NCBI GenBank assembly: GCA_020891255.1
Contig: BQFW01000003.1
Coordinates: 930,001-994,000, forward strand
Reading direction: 5' to 3'
Source of the DNA: Entomortierella parvispora E1425
Lineage: Eukaryota > Fungi > Mortierellomycota
DNA length: 64,000 nt
A model generated the notes under the pieces. It was given only the letters and a program-made list of their open reading frames with translations, was not told where the DNA came from and searched no databases. A program made the translations under genes and the position numbers. Shown piece after piece: positions 26,831-40,797 of this stretch. Positions within the stretch are counted from its first letter, which is position 1. Each line of letters opens with the position of its first letter.

Positions 26831-28619
26831 GGTATGAAGTTTGGTGGAAGAGGGAGGGGCAAAAGAGCGACGCTGTAGTCCTGTCTGTGGTTGAGGTGGT
26901 CCGCCTACAGCTGAGGTCCTGGCTGACTTTGGGTTGCCCTGTGACAGGGACGACCTTGGAAGCATGGTCGATTGGTGTCTCGTTGTGCTGGGTGCTGTGC
27001 GTTCAGGTTCAGGTTCCGTCTGTCGTGCTGGTAGTCAAAAAATAGGCCGACGGCTCTTCCTACGAGAGGAGAAAAGGAGAGGGTGGGCCCACAACGGTCA
27101 GTCAGACATGAGATGATGACCTGAGCTAGGTCGGCATGGTCGTTCATTCTGGGGTTGGGTGGGTTGAAAATAAGAAAAAGAAAGAGAAGCAAGTTTGACA
27201 CAAGTCCGGCCATTGACACACTGAGTCACTCACCCCAGTCTGGGATGCAAAGGGCGATGGAATGGGTGAGAGGAGAGAAGGAAAGGTGAAAGAAGAAATG
27301 GAGGGGGGGAAGAGTGAATGTCGAGTAGTGCAAGAGAGCAAGAGTGAACAAGAGAGTTGGTGAAGTGAGTGCGAGCGAGAGCGAGGGAAGCGAGGGGAGG
27401 AGAGCGTGCTTGCTTACTTGCTTGCCATGGCTGGCGGCTCTTTTTTCTTTCTTCTTCTGGACAGATAAACAATGCACGCGCAAGAGGCAGGTGCGGTGGT
27501 GCTCTCGCTTTTAGTAGGCCTTGGTGCTCTGGACCAGTCCAACGCACGTTCGCACAGGCAAGATATGATGGGGCAGTGATATTGATGATGACAACAGAGA
27601 TCGCTGTAGTGAGTCGAGTGAGGGACAACGCGACGACTAGGGCCAGAAGGCGACGCGTCTGCTGGCAAGGGAGCCAGGGTACATGCTGTACTCTGCCTGA
27701 AAAAGACCGACGGGACAACGACGCGTAGCTTGACGGTCGTAGGCTCCATTGATAGATCCTGCGACAAGGGTGTGGGGTCCAAGCAACAGGGTACATTACG
27801 AAACACGCGCATTTACAGCCTCCTTTGCTGTCCGTCTATCAACCCCTGGAGAGACAGAGCAAGAGAGAGAAAGAGATTGAGGTAATAGAGCAGGGGAAGA
27901 GATGGGGTGAGAGAGAGAATGAACAAGAATGAAGACGAGGATACCCATTTACCTTGGGACCGCCTCTCTCAATTATTACAAATATATCTTCAGGGCCGTT
28001 GTGGGGACATGGCGAGAGCGAACGAGAGAGAGATAAAGTTGTTCCCCTGGTTTTAACCAGTGGAAGACAAAGGACAACAACCATCCATTCATTCACTCAC
28101 TGTGATTGTTTCGTTTGCTCTGCAGTTCTGGGTCGAGTATAAAGGTCGATTTTCTTTTCTTGTCTCCCTCTCTTCTCCTCTCTTGCTCCCCGTTCTCCAT
28201 CACGCACTCACGCACTCTCCACTCTCAAGATCACCCGCACATCCGGACCGAACAGCACCGATCGATCGGCAAGAAAAGAGACGAAGACACACGAACACAC
28301 GTCTTCAACACGCATTCTTCTCTCCCTTTCTCCCATCGTCCACTCACGAAGCAGTCACCGTAAACACCTTCGTTGTCTCTCCTTCTTCCTCCATCCTCTA
28401 CTTCATTCCCCATCAACCCTTGACTTCATCTCTTTTTGCATCCTCTCCTTCTTTGTCATCTAATTCTTCCCCTACTTTGCACATTCATCGCCAGAGTCAC
28501 TGCGTCTGCATCGGCGTTCGACTGTCTCTTCCTGTTGACACCGCATCACTCTATTTGCATTACATTGTCTTGCTGTTTCCTTCTGTCCCACAACGTCGCC
28601 TAGCCGCGCTTGTTCCTCC

Positions 28620-31600
28620 ATGTCCGAGCACACCGACCTCCAGTCGCGACCTCTTCCTGACCAAAGACATCCGCAGACCAGTCAGGATCTTCAGTCTATC
28701 GTCCAATCGACCCTAGGACCCTCAGTAGCGCCCCTCGCTCCCATACCCACGCCCTCTTCCCTGGCGGCTCCTCCGCCTGTCCTACGTGCCTCTCCCTCGC
28801 GTTCGCAGGTGCAGGATCTTGGACTGGCCATGACCCCTATGGAAGACCCTTTGACGGCCAACATCATCCATGACACAACAGGCAGTAATCTGGTCCATGC
28901 CATGGCCGTTGTTGCCGCAGCTGGTGCTGACGCTGGTGCTGCGGCGGACGCTGCCTCGGCCCGATCTTCATCCTCCTCTGTGCACCATCACGACACCTCT
29001 TCGTCCTCCTTGTCATCCGCTTCGTCCACATCTTCGCCGTCTTCTTCCACAGAGTCAAACACGGGTCGTGCGAGGATGAGTATTGATGTACAGGATTCTG
29101 TGGATGGATCCACCCGGTTGAACGCGAGTAGGCCTCTTGTGGGCCGACCGTCGATCGAAATCCCTCAACCTCAGTCCCCCATCAGCCTCCATCATGCCCT
29201 CGACAGCTCGTTCCCCTCAGCCAGTGCGCAGGTGAAGCCATCACCTCCAACTAGAATCCTTCCCCGGTCGATCGAGTCGTGTGTACAGGACACACTCGCC
29301 AAAGACATTACCACTGCAGCATATCATGGATCGGCGCTCAATGGCCAGCGGAGAATCATGACGCCGACCAGCCGACTAGCCGAGACAGCGGTGGGAGTGC
29401 GTGAAGTCTCCAAGAAAATAGGCAAGTCCATTGACAATGAGGAGTGTCTGCGTGGGGTGTTTGGTTGAGGTGCACAGATGCACGCAGTGCCTGTGAGAGC
29501 ATTTACATCACGGAAGCGATACGCTGCGTAACAGGGTTGAAGAAAACGTCGTTACTTCCCTTGCGCAGAGCGCCTGCTTCCTAATCCGCAGCGCTATCCT
29601 TTTTGGATGATCAAAGAAACACACTTTTGTTTTCACTTTTTCGTCTTGATCGCGTTTTTTTGCCCAGACGCCCTCTGCAGTGGCCAATTGTTTCGTCCGG
29701 GCGATTTGTTCTTTTCCATGGGCTTCTATTCAAAAAAGGAGCGGGCTACACGCCCGTGCGTTTTCCCCCTTTTCATTGCATCGAGCTCCTCATCCTCTTT
29801 TTGCTGAAAGGCAATCATGAGAGTGAACACAATCGCATTTGTCTTTTGTGTAAAGCAACGGGTCGGGAACCACCCTAATTGTGCGATGCTCACCTCTGTG
29901 CAACCAGGTTGCAGCACAAGGGATCGTTGCCCCAAAATCTAACCCAAGCCCTGCATTTCCTCATTGTCTTGTTCCCACAGGTCGTGCACGAGTAAAATGG
30001 GAAACTCCCAAAACTGTCATGATTGTTACTAAGCCAGGAGACGAATCCTTGCTCAAGATTACCCGCGAAATTGCACTTTGGATGATTGCTTCGCGCGGTC
30101 TCACAGTGTAAGAGATCAATGAGCCTTGAAAAACTTGGAGAGAAAGCTCGCGGCAGTAAAACTGACGATTTTATTGCATGCTCTCTTTCTCGCAGATTTG
30201 TGGATGAAAAGTTAAAGGATATCCCAAAGTTCAAATACCCATCGTTCTTGAAGAGCACCAAGCTCGGTCACGATTATACCCAATCACTTCGCTTCTGGAC
30301 CTCCGATCTCTGCGCACAAGAGGCTCATCTTTTTGATTTTGCCGTCACGGTAAGAATAGGACCTCTGGAATGTCCAAAGGGCAGCAGATAATTTATAATT
30401 AATTCATCCACAAATCTGCAATGATTTCCCCCAATAGCTTGGCGGAGATGGAACAGTGTTGTTCACCAGTTGGCTTTTCCAGAGGATTGTCCCCCCCATT
30501 TTGCCATTCTCTGCAGGATCTCTAGGATTTTTGACGCCCTTCCCAACTGTCGACTACCGAAAGACACTTAGCACCTGCTTGGATCATGGTGTGAGAGTCA
30601 ACTTGCGGATGCGGTTCAGCTGTACTATCTATCGTTGCCTGGAGCATAGAGCTGTTGATAAGACCAAGAAGAAGAAGCGCAAAAACGCTCGTCGGCGAAA
30701 CAAGGACGGCACATCAAACGTGGCGGCTTTTTCTGATGACAGTGACGATGACAGCGACAAAGAACGGAGGTCCTTGCCAACGGTTTTGACAACACCAACC
30801 GAGACGTTTGAAATTTTAAACGACCTGGGTAAGCATCGTTTCATGGAGGATACTGGAGGACGGTCAAGATGTTGCTTATAATAGAAAGGCCTATATGACT
30901 TATTCGCTGTAAATCCATGTCTCTTAGTTTTGGACCGTGGACCAAGCGCCAACCTCAGTCTTTTAGAGCTCTTTGGTGATGAAGAACATCTGACCACTGT
31001 GCAAGCTGACGGTATTGTTATCTCCACTCCAACTGGATCGACTGCATACTCGGTAAGAACTCGACGACTAGAGCACTTTGTTTAAAATGAGGATAATGTG
31101 CTAATCATCGGTGTATGGATGTATGGTTCATAGCTGGCTGCAGGAGGGCCTTTAACTCATCCAGAGATTCCAGCGATTTTGATCTCACCCATCTGTCCAC
31201 ATACCCTCAGTTTCCGACCTATGTTATTACCGGATTCCATGGAACTTCGAATTTGTGTGCCCTTTGACTCGAGATCGACTGCATGGGCCAGTTTCGACGG
31301 TCGCGGACGAGTCGAACTGAAGCGTAAGTAAGCTTGATCCGCGTTGGCTCAATCATCCCAGCATGTTTTTTAACGCATTGTATTTGGGCAATCATTAGAG
31401 GGAGACCACATCAAGGTCACAGCAAGTACCTATCCATTCCCGACCATTTGCTCCAGCACCCAGTCGTCTGATTGGTTCCACTCCTTGTCTCGTTGTTTGC
31501 GCTGGAATGAGCGGGAGAGACAAAAAGGATTCCGAGTCGTGGAGCATTCAAGACCAAGAAGGACCAGACAGCCCTCTTCGTCGTCGCTTTCTCCACCGGG

Positions 31601-32279
31601 CAGTAAACTTGGCATGACGTCAGGGGATCTCCCAGCGTCATTGTCGACTGGAGGCGGGGGCGCTCAAGATCTGCATTCCCACGGCACGGCAACTCCAACG
31701 GAGCACAACGTTTCAGGATTCAGTGCTCAGGGTGGTAATCATCAACATCATCACAGCCACCATCACCATTCCAACCATGGCCATTCGCATAACGCTCATG
31801 GAGGAAGCACTACTAGTCTTGGACAGGAGTGGCACCCGGCCAGTGGTAACAGCAGTACGAGCAGTTCTAGAGCGCGACAACACAGTTTACGGTCAGGTCC
31901 TGCCAGCCCAACCGCGCGGAGATCCAGCCAACATCAGCACTCAGAGTATTTTGACCATTCTCCTCAGGACACTGATACAATGCTTACCTGCTGGGGCACC
32001 GACACGAGCGATTCGGACGATGACGACGAGGATGACAGCGATCCAGTCGCGGAAAAGGAAGATGCTGAAGATGGTGATGGAGAGTGGGAGGAAAACTCCA
32101 GTAGCGATGATGACGATGACGATGACAACCAAGTAGCCAGGAGAGCGGCGCATGGAGATTTGACTGGTCAAATGGCCCTGAGTGGGTTCCCAGGAGCAAA
32201 GGTTGGCACAATCCCCTCGTCTGTTGGTGCTTCGCCCAATGTCTCCAGCACCAGTCAAAGAGACGCCCCAGGCGCATAA
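28620..32279 (+). CDS. NAD(H) kinase (Utr1/Yef1-like) with long disordered termini
   Basis: Motifs [58 protein letters not shown] and [13 protein letters not shown]; several GT-AG introns. Confidence 0.93.
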
Positions 32280-32378
32280 CTTCGCCCCTTAATAAATCAT
32301 CAATGGCTCATGAAAATTGTGTCGTGACGGGCACTTCGATGCTCTTCTTCACTTTCCACTTCATCCACGCCACAAACA

Positions 32379-34102
32379 ATGCAGCAACCTGAAGCCAACC
32401 TTGTCCCAGGTAGAGGATCAATATCTTTCGTTTGTCCTAACGATGGCGACTTTTGTTACACTGTCATTTATGTCACTTTCGGATTGCGTGATATTAACTG
32501 CGCAGAGTCTGTTTTCATTGTACGTGAATGCAGGCCCCACAGTGGTTCCTCTCAACTTGCGCGAGCGCTATGCCAACACCTTCTATGGCAGTGGCGATCT
32601 CGAGCCAGAATGTATGAAAGTTTACGAAGATTGCTGTACGAGCCTTGGACAATTACTCTCCTTCGAATCCGAGAAAGCCAAGGGTGGCTCGATCGTGATC
32701 ATGTCCGGTGAGGGCATGGTGGGCCTTTGGGCCGGTTTGAAGTCTGTCATTCCTTGGCCGTTTTATCACTCGGAAGAAGACGGGAGCTTGAAGATGGAGA
32801 CTGGTCGAAAATACAAAGTGCTTTGTGTGGGCAACGGCGCCTATGGATGTTGGATGAAGGACATGGTCAAGAGTCTTCGATACCCCAACGTCGAAATCCA
32901 AGCCATTGATAGTGCTTGGGATCAACCTATCGACGTCGAAAAGTCTGTGAAGACTATTCAAGAATGGCAACCTGACCTCGTTACCAGTACGTTTGACCAT
33001 TTTGAGAGGAGCTTGACGCTTTCGGTCTCGACTCGACGTTGTTCTAATTTTTATTCTCTGCCTCCTTTTCAGTGGTGCATTGCGATACCCCCACAGGAGC
33101 ATTGAACTCTGAGGCTGTTTGTGCTGTCGGTGAGGCTTGCTCCAAGACAGATGCACTCTTTTATGTTGATGTTGTCAGCTCCGCAGGCGCCGCCCCAGTC
33201 GATATTGCTGGATGGGGTATTGACATCGGTAAGTCGCTTTAAGACAAGCTATGATCTTGCCACAACTGGTGCGGACAAAAATCTTGCTCGCTGGTCCCCT
33301 ATTCAAGAATCTAGGAACTTACTCTGAGCTCTCACAATAGGACTCCTTGGTTCTCAAAAAGCGTTCTCTTGTGAACCCTCCTTGGCCATCATCACTGTCA
33401 GCGCCAAAGCATGGAAACAGGTCGAGAAGGTTGCCTACACGGGTTATGATGCCCTTCTGCCCTTCAAAGATTTTCAAAAGGTAACTACTGCCTCAACAAG
33501 AGGCGTCATATCATTATGTCTGTCGATTGCAATCAGAGGATGGATAGTGCTCCTTGATATTTTGGAAAGAATGTCAAAACTCAATTTTCCTAATACTTTC
33601 GATTCAGTCCGGTTTGTTTCCTTACACCCCGCTCTGGTCAGCGCTGGACGCGTTGAATGTTCACCTCAAGGAGGTTTTTGGACCCAAGGGCGATATGCGA
33701 CAGCAAGTCTATGACAGACACGAGAAAGTAGCCCAGTACTGCCGAGAGCGTGTTCGCCAAATGGGATTGAAGTTGTGGTGGGCTGATGACCGCTATAGTT
33801 CGCCCTCCGTAACTGCGATCCGTGTGCCTGATAACACTACGTGGGAGGAACTGGACAAGAAGCTCCGAAAGGAGAGCGTTGTCCTAGGTGGAAGGTAAGA
33901 GCACGTCGAGATGAATGAAAGACATCAGATTATCTGTCTTTCTCGATTTGCTAATCACATGCATGGACTCTTATGGCTGTGTGGTAGTTACGGAGAAACG
34001 GTCAACGCTCTGTTCCGAGTAGGCCACATGGGCACGCAGGCTGATATGGTGCTTGTCCGCAAAGCGATGGACGTGCTTGAGAGGATCGTGAGCAAACAAT
34101 AA
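32379..34102 (+). CDS. PLP-dependent class V aminotransferase (alanine/serine-glyoxylate aminotransferase family)
   Basis: LVPGPT formed across intron 1; motifs SGEGM, VHCDTPTG, YVDVVSS, GSQK (PLP lysine), FPYTP and FRVGHMG. Confidence 0.88.
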
Positions 34103-34314
34103 AAATGGGCGAATGATTGTCGCACACGTGACGCGCAGAGCGTTGTATCATGGAGCAATGCATGCATGAATGCCCAGCTCCTCCCTTTCTTTTCTTTCTG
34201 CCACAACACCACAACACCCCTATACCTCTCGAACATATCAACCACCACTTATTACACACAAAGTCACCCTCGCATTCGCTCGCCCTCCATTCTTTTCTGG
34301 TCCCTACCGCCGTC

Positions 34315-36813
34315 ATGGTCCACATTCCAATCGTTTCCCGGTTGAGTCTAGGAGACTACCGATCCATTATTCTGACCTTTGTCATTCTCGGCGTCGAAAC
34401 ATGCTTTCGCATGGTTGCTTACCTGATCCCGAACATTATTCTCGATGCTGGAAAAGCAATTGTTGAAAAGTGCGTATAGACAAGACAGCCCGTGGCGCTT
34501 TGTCTTATTTGTCAACCGGTTTTGTAGCATCAGCCCACCCGTCTGCATGTTCTCTTTTCTGAGCGTCTTCGATGGTTTTTCCTCTGTCTGTCTGCCTAGA
34601 ATCTTCCCTTGGGTCATGACAAACCACATGTCAGCCAGGGCACCCCCGTTGGAAAGCGCTGCCAATGTTCAAGAAATGCTTCGCTTCTGGTATGGTGAGA
34701 CTGAGCGGATCGATTATGGTGACCGATCGGCACAGTGCCTCCTCCTCCCTCCCCCCTTTCTCCCCAACTTTTCTTTCCTTTCATGTATTCTCACATGCTT
34801 TTCGTCCAACTGTAGGAACTATCCTGTCCAAGAACATCTTGTCCGCACACGCGACAACTACCTCCTTGGTGTGCACAGAATCACGCATGGACGCGAGAAG
34901 CGCTCAGCCAAAGGTGTAGTCCCCAACCCTCCTGAGGATATCGTGAATCTGCTTCGTGAGAATGGAGTTCCTCTCGCTGCCGAGACCAAAGAGGCCTTCC
35001 TCGATCGCGACCAAAGGAATAAGCGGGACCAAGAAGAGGATCTGGAAGCCGACCTCGACCAAAAGATCAAAAAGATGCCCAAGAAGGGCGATTACATCAA
35101 GCCAGTCGTTCTGTTGTATCATGGATTCATGATGTGCTCCGAAGTCTGGCTTTGCAACTTGGACGAGGAAAGGAATTTGGCATTCGTATTGGCAGAAGCA
35201 GGGTAATTGTTTCCGTCCTTTAGTGTTCTTGGTCCGCCTTCGTTTTCAGCTCAGGGCATTTCCGTTGTTGCGTCACTGTCAGTTGGGGCAAAGCGCGCTA
35301 GATCGCAAAAAAAAAAAAAATCGATGCTCACTCACTTTTGACCCTTTTTTTTTCAACGCACAGCTATGACGTATGGTTAGGCAATGCACGAGGAAACAAG
35401 TATTCTCTCAAGCATATGTTCCTCAAACCGCACGAGAAGAAGTTTTGGGAGTTCAGTATGGACGAGCTAGCTCTCTTTGATATGCCTGATACGGTCGATG
35501 TAAGAAACCTTTTGTTGACGCCCGATTCTTGCAAGTTTGAAAAAGGAAAGTTTTTGGCACTTGACCCTAATGATCTTGGTCTATTCCTACATGTATGTCA
35601 TTAGTACATCCTCAACCGCACAGGAGCACCCTCGCTAGTCTACATTGGATTCTCTCAAGGAACAGCTCAGGCGTTTGCCTCGCTTTCCATCAACCCTGAC
35701 TTGAACGACAAAATTTCGCTATTCATTGCTCTCGCACCAGCCACCACTCCCCCAGGACTTGAGAATGGATTAGTCAACTCTGTAGTGAAGGCTGCGCCCA
35801 ATGTTATTTATCTCCTCTTGGGACGGAAAACACCTCTGACCGCAGCACTCTTTTGGCAGAATCTTTTGCATCCTACAACATACGCGACCGTCATCGATCT
35901 GGCTGTTAAGTTTTTGTTTGGATGGCACTGTCGATCCATGAGCTTGGTGCAAAAGGCGGTTTCATATCAGCACCTGTACAGCTTTACCAGCGTTCGAATC
36001 CTTGTGGTAAGAAAGAGCCTTGCAGGGACGTTGTTCGTTTAGTCTTTTGAAAACTGTTACTAATAGCAAACCCTTCCTTCTTCTTAGCACTGGTTCCAGA
36101 TCATTCGTACGCAAACCTTCCAGATGTACGACGATGTTCAACCAAGGGTGCCTTACCTGTCCTCGAGCCGAAGTCACTGCCCCCACCCGTTCCCCACCAA
36201 CCAAATCTCGACTCCCATTGCCATCTTTTATGGGGGAAACGACACTTTGGTAGACATCCAGGGACTTTTGTCTGATCTCCCGGACCTTGTGGGTGTCTGG
36301 GAGGTTCCCAACTACGAGCATCTAGGTAAAGAATGACGATCCTCGCAGCGATGGACTTTTCTGTTTTCTGTCATCTGTGCTAACGCTGGCTTTGTGCTTC
36401 CTCCGATAGACTTCTTGTGGGCTGAGGGTCTGGACACACACGTATACCCTCATATCCTTCAATTACTCGAGTCACATTCTTTCAACGGACACATCTCTCA
36501 CGAGGCAGCAAAGAAGAGTCGAATGCGACGATCGGCCTCTAATGGCACAGGAACACATCTTCGAGAGATTCGAACCTTGGTCCGAGAACTGGAGGGTCAT
36601 GATGATATTGAGGATGATGATGTGGAGAATGCGAGCCAGAACCCTTCTTACAGCAACACCCCTAGCCAATCCGTCGGTTCTTCTCCCGTCTTTGAGAGAC
36701 ATTCCTTTGTACCACTTAAACACCGCCGTGGGTCCAGTAGTCTTAGTCCAAAGGGCTCGCAACACAATTTTGTTGATGTTCAATCTCAACAGCAACAGCT
36801 GCACCAAGAGTAG
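34315..36813 (+). CDS. Acid lipase / sterol esterase family (Tgl1/Yeh1-like) with N-terminal membrane anchor
   Basis: EHLVRTRDNYLLGVHRI, VLLYHGFM, YDVWLGNARGNKYS, GFSQG nucleophile motif, GGNDTLVD, YEHLDFLWA. Confidence 0.92.
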
Positions 36814-37349
36814 ATATGATCTTTCATGGATCTTGTACAATGAATGAAGTTTGACTTGATATATGGAAGGTGTAAAGATCAAATCAGGGAGACTTCCGTC
36901 TTGCTTTATTTTTTTTTTGTTTGAACGGTAGTATTTTTCTGGGTAGTGGCTTTAAAGCCGGCTTGCTGCTCTCGACCCATGGACTTGATCTTGTCTTTTG
37001 TGTAGAGGCACGAAAGCCCTCCTCATTCAGACACTCTGAGGCCTTCATACTCTAGAGTTACGGCCTTCTAGCTAGTGTTTGTTGTCTGCCCATCTCTTGC
37101 CCAAAGCGCCTCCTTGCGCGTTATGGAACAGCTACGGAGGAAGACCTAATCTACGTCTTGTTTGCATCAGCAACTCCATTCTCTCTTTTCGTATTTATGA
37201 CTGGCTCTGCGAGAATGGCGCTTCACCAGAACCGAAGATGTTTCTGGAAGATACGGGGGGAAAAACCAAAGAAAGCTCTCAAGGGCCATTTATTCACTGA
37301 GTTGAGAAAGAACTCGACTCTTTTTTTTTCTTAACCAAAGATATACATT

Positions 37350-38740
37350 CTACAGGTCAACCTGGATCTTTGTCACCACAGGGTAATGATCCGAGTAGTC
37401 ATTGTAGGTCGCTCCTTTCAGAACATAGGGCGTCGACTTGACACGCAGGGCAGTCTGTGTACTGGAACGAACGCCGGCCGAGTGCTTCTTATCCGTAAAC
37501 ACGAAGTCAATGTACTCTGAAGGATTGGCGGAAGTGTCTGGATAGTTGTAATGCGCAATGGTGTTGTCGGCAGTATCCCAAGTCCAAGACCAGCCATCGT
37601 ACGTGCTCGGTTGAATGGCGCCCAATCGTGACATCAAAGTCGAGAACTCGGAGCTGTCTCTCAACGTGTTGAAGTCGCCGGCCATGATCACCAATTCGTT
37701 CGCGGGGATGTTGCGGCTGTCGATAAAGTTACGCCATTCATCCAAGGCGAGAGCGCGGTAGTTGGCTGCCTGTCCTGAGGTGCACATTGAGTCGTCACTT
37801 TGCATGTGTGTTCCAAAGACGTGGATGTTGGTGCCGTTGTAATCCAGGATCACATAGGCGAAACCCTTGTTGGAGAACCTAAAACAAGGAACGCGAGAAC
37901 GAGGAGAATGCTCAATCATCTGTGGTTTTTTTTCTTTGTTCTTTCCCTTTCTTCTTTCCCCTTCTTCTTTCCCCTTCTTCTTTCTCTTCTTTGCTTGTTT
38001 AAAGGCGTTGAGTAATTGAGTGAGAACGGATCTAAGCTTTTCTTACCAGTCGGATCCGCAAGCTTTCTTGTAGACGAATTGGTGCTTCTCCTTGATGGGC
38101 CACTTGCTGAGGATAGTCACTCCACCGTTCTCTATTGCGAGATTGTAGTAGCTTCCAGAAGTCGAGTCCCAACCAGACTTGGTGTGTCCCACCGTGGGAG
38201 TTTGATAGGGATCTGTTTTGTGGAACAAAAGTAAAAGAACGAGACAACGTGAGCAAACTCCAAGAACAACCACAGGGGTGATAAAGGGGAGTAAGACCAG
38301 AAGAAGCCTGCAGAGGAGTAACAACAGAAACAAACCAAAGCGAGAGGGACAGGTTCCTTACATTGAGAGGCCAAGCCGGCGCGAATATCATCGCAGGCAG
38401 TCAGATCAAAACACTCTTGGAAAACAAGAACATCGTGGTTCTTGATATAGTCAGAGTTGCTGATCAATCTAGCACGGGTGCCTTTTTTTTTGTGGAGAAT
38501 GAGCGCGTTAGTAGAGTAATAAGGAACGTGTAGAGGGACGTAAGTGAGGTGTTCTGATACAAGTAAAGTCAACAGGGAGAACTTACTCTGGCCCCAGTTG
38601 GGGTAGAGGTTGGTGCTCATGAAGTAGAGGTTGTTGGAGATGATACTAAGGGTTGCGTTCTTGGATTGGGCCAAGGTCATGGACGGGACCATGACGGACG
38701 CAACCGCGGTAGTAAGTGCAAGGATTGATGTAAACTTCAT
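37350..38740 (-). CDS. Secreted bacterial-type sphingomyelinase C (EEP/DNase I-like fold), 4 exons
   Basis: Signal peptide MKFTSILALTTAVASV; motifs STNLYPNWGQ, YIKNHDVLVFQE, GGVTILSKWPI, CGSDWFSNKGF, GTHMQSDDSMC, GDFN, WDTADNTIAHYNYP and YNDYSDHYPV. Three GT-AG introns. Confidence 0.92.
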
Positions 38741-40797
38741 TATGAAAGATAAATAGCAAAGAAATAGCAGGGTAGATGGTAGATGAATGTGGGTAGAGGA
38801 ACAGGATAAGGTCAACGGACACAGCAAGGCGCTGAGGGGCGTCTCTTTTATACACGAGCGTTCGAACTCGAGGACCTTTCACTTTTCTCAATTGAATCGA
38901 TCGTGGAACTGACGCTCTGCAATGGTGTTGGTGGTTGTGGTAGTCCAGAAAGTTGGGCGTGTTGACCGCTTGTGCCTTTCTGGAAGCATGGGCGGATTGG
39001 CCGATTGTTAGACTCATGCAGGACAGCCAACAAAGTCGAGGGATTGAGTACTTGTCACAAATAAGTGTGGTCTAGACTGACCAGCTCATTGCAGTGGTCA
39101 CTCTAGCAGCTAGCTTGCATGCATAGAAAGGATGCCTCGAGAGCAGACCGTCTGTGACGCGAGCAATTGTCCACCCGGGTCAGCACATTCTGGTTTGGCT
39201 GGGCAGTAGTGATCCTGGTAAACACTGCACGGCGTTTTTTTGTCATCCGAAGAAGCGCCATAAAAAAGTCAGTTATGGTTTGTAAGCCTCGGGTCCAACA
39301 ATTGATGAGAGGGAACCAAGAAAACATCCTGTAAAGAAGGGAACAGTGTTTCTCGTCATTAGGTTAGGGATTGGGGGTACAGAAAAAAAGAGCAAGCACA
39401 ACGCGTCCCTGACCCCATGCATGTGGAGAACGAGAATGTGTTGGCTCAGGGTGCATTCCTGTCAGCCAGTCATCGCCCTGAGACCAAGAATTGAGAGCAC
39501 TCCAGACACCAGCAGGAAAATGATTATTTTGAAGGCAGTTAGACTGCAGACTGTTAGCATGGCCGTTCAACTTGTTGACCCGGCGGTTGGGTTTCCTTGT
39601 TTGTGCCACAAAACACAATTCGTAAGAGATTTCCCGGTGACAACGAACCCTTGGACAAGCGCTTTGGAGTGTTGTCCTGGGGAGGCCCAGCTACCAGGAG
39701 CGAACAGGCAGTTGGGCTGTTTGTTTATGAGCTAATCTGTTTCAATTGTGTACCTGTCTCATTCTCCAAGAGAGCTGTTGATCCACGCATGCAGCTCCAT
39801 TGAAGCAGTGACTCTTTACCAGAGCTAGAGTATATATCTCAATCCTGCGCGACAATGGTACCTGGATCTCTGCTTGTGACGCAAAGGATAAATATATCAA
39901 CAGATGTTGTTGCCATGCACAGGTGAGCATTGTTGTAGCTTATTTTTTGATCGACAGATTCATCCCTCTGTAAAAGCGAGAATGCCAAGTCATGCAGAGG
40001 TCATTGTACATCATATGACCATGGGTGAGTAACACAGCAGCAAGAATTGAAGAAGAGCAACATCGTCTCAAGGTCACCGTTGTTCAGTTCTCAGCACAAA
40101 CCGAATTAGCTTTTTGGCTGAAAGACCCGACAAAGTGAAAAATTGGCGGGGATGATCAATACTCAAGGGCCGACGAGTCTTAACATCGTCACAAGTGGTG
40201 ATTGGTATATGATGGTAATTGGGTGGGGGGTGTTCTTGGGGAGGGTATTCTTAGGAGCCAGGGACCAACAACCGCGTTATAAACTAGCCACCGCCAGGGA
40301 GCATGATTGTTTGTCTGGATTAAGACTGGTACGGATGGCGTATTTATTCTTTCGGGAAGCTCACCCTGTTAAACAGTTTGGACGCCCTTTAACACCCTCT
40401 ACGAAGACAAGGCATCAAGGACTAAAGAGGAAAGCGCGAAACGAGCGCGGGCCTGGATGGCGCGAATGATAGACAGAGATCTAAACGACATGGATGGGCT
40501 ACGACCTGAAAGACTGAAAAAAAGAAGGATGGGGGTAGGGATTTTGTACGGAGGGTGCAACCGATGGTTGCCGCCCCTCAAGCAGCAGCCCTTCGCGCCC
40601 TAGAAAGAAATACAATGGCACGCTCCTGTGCCATGGTGTACATCCCAAGCCTGGCCAGCTCGCAGTAAAGACCCCACTCTTTCACCCGTTACAGCCAGTG
40701 CCCTATCCGCCTCAGAGGGGTATCTTAGGAGTCCTAAAGCAAGAGTCTCCTTGAAGGAGATTGGAAAAGAAGACGATGAGGGAGCTGGAGATACTTG

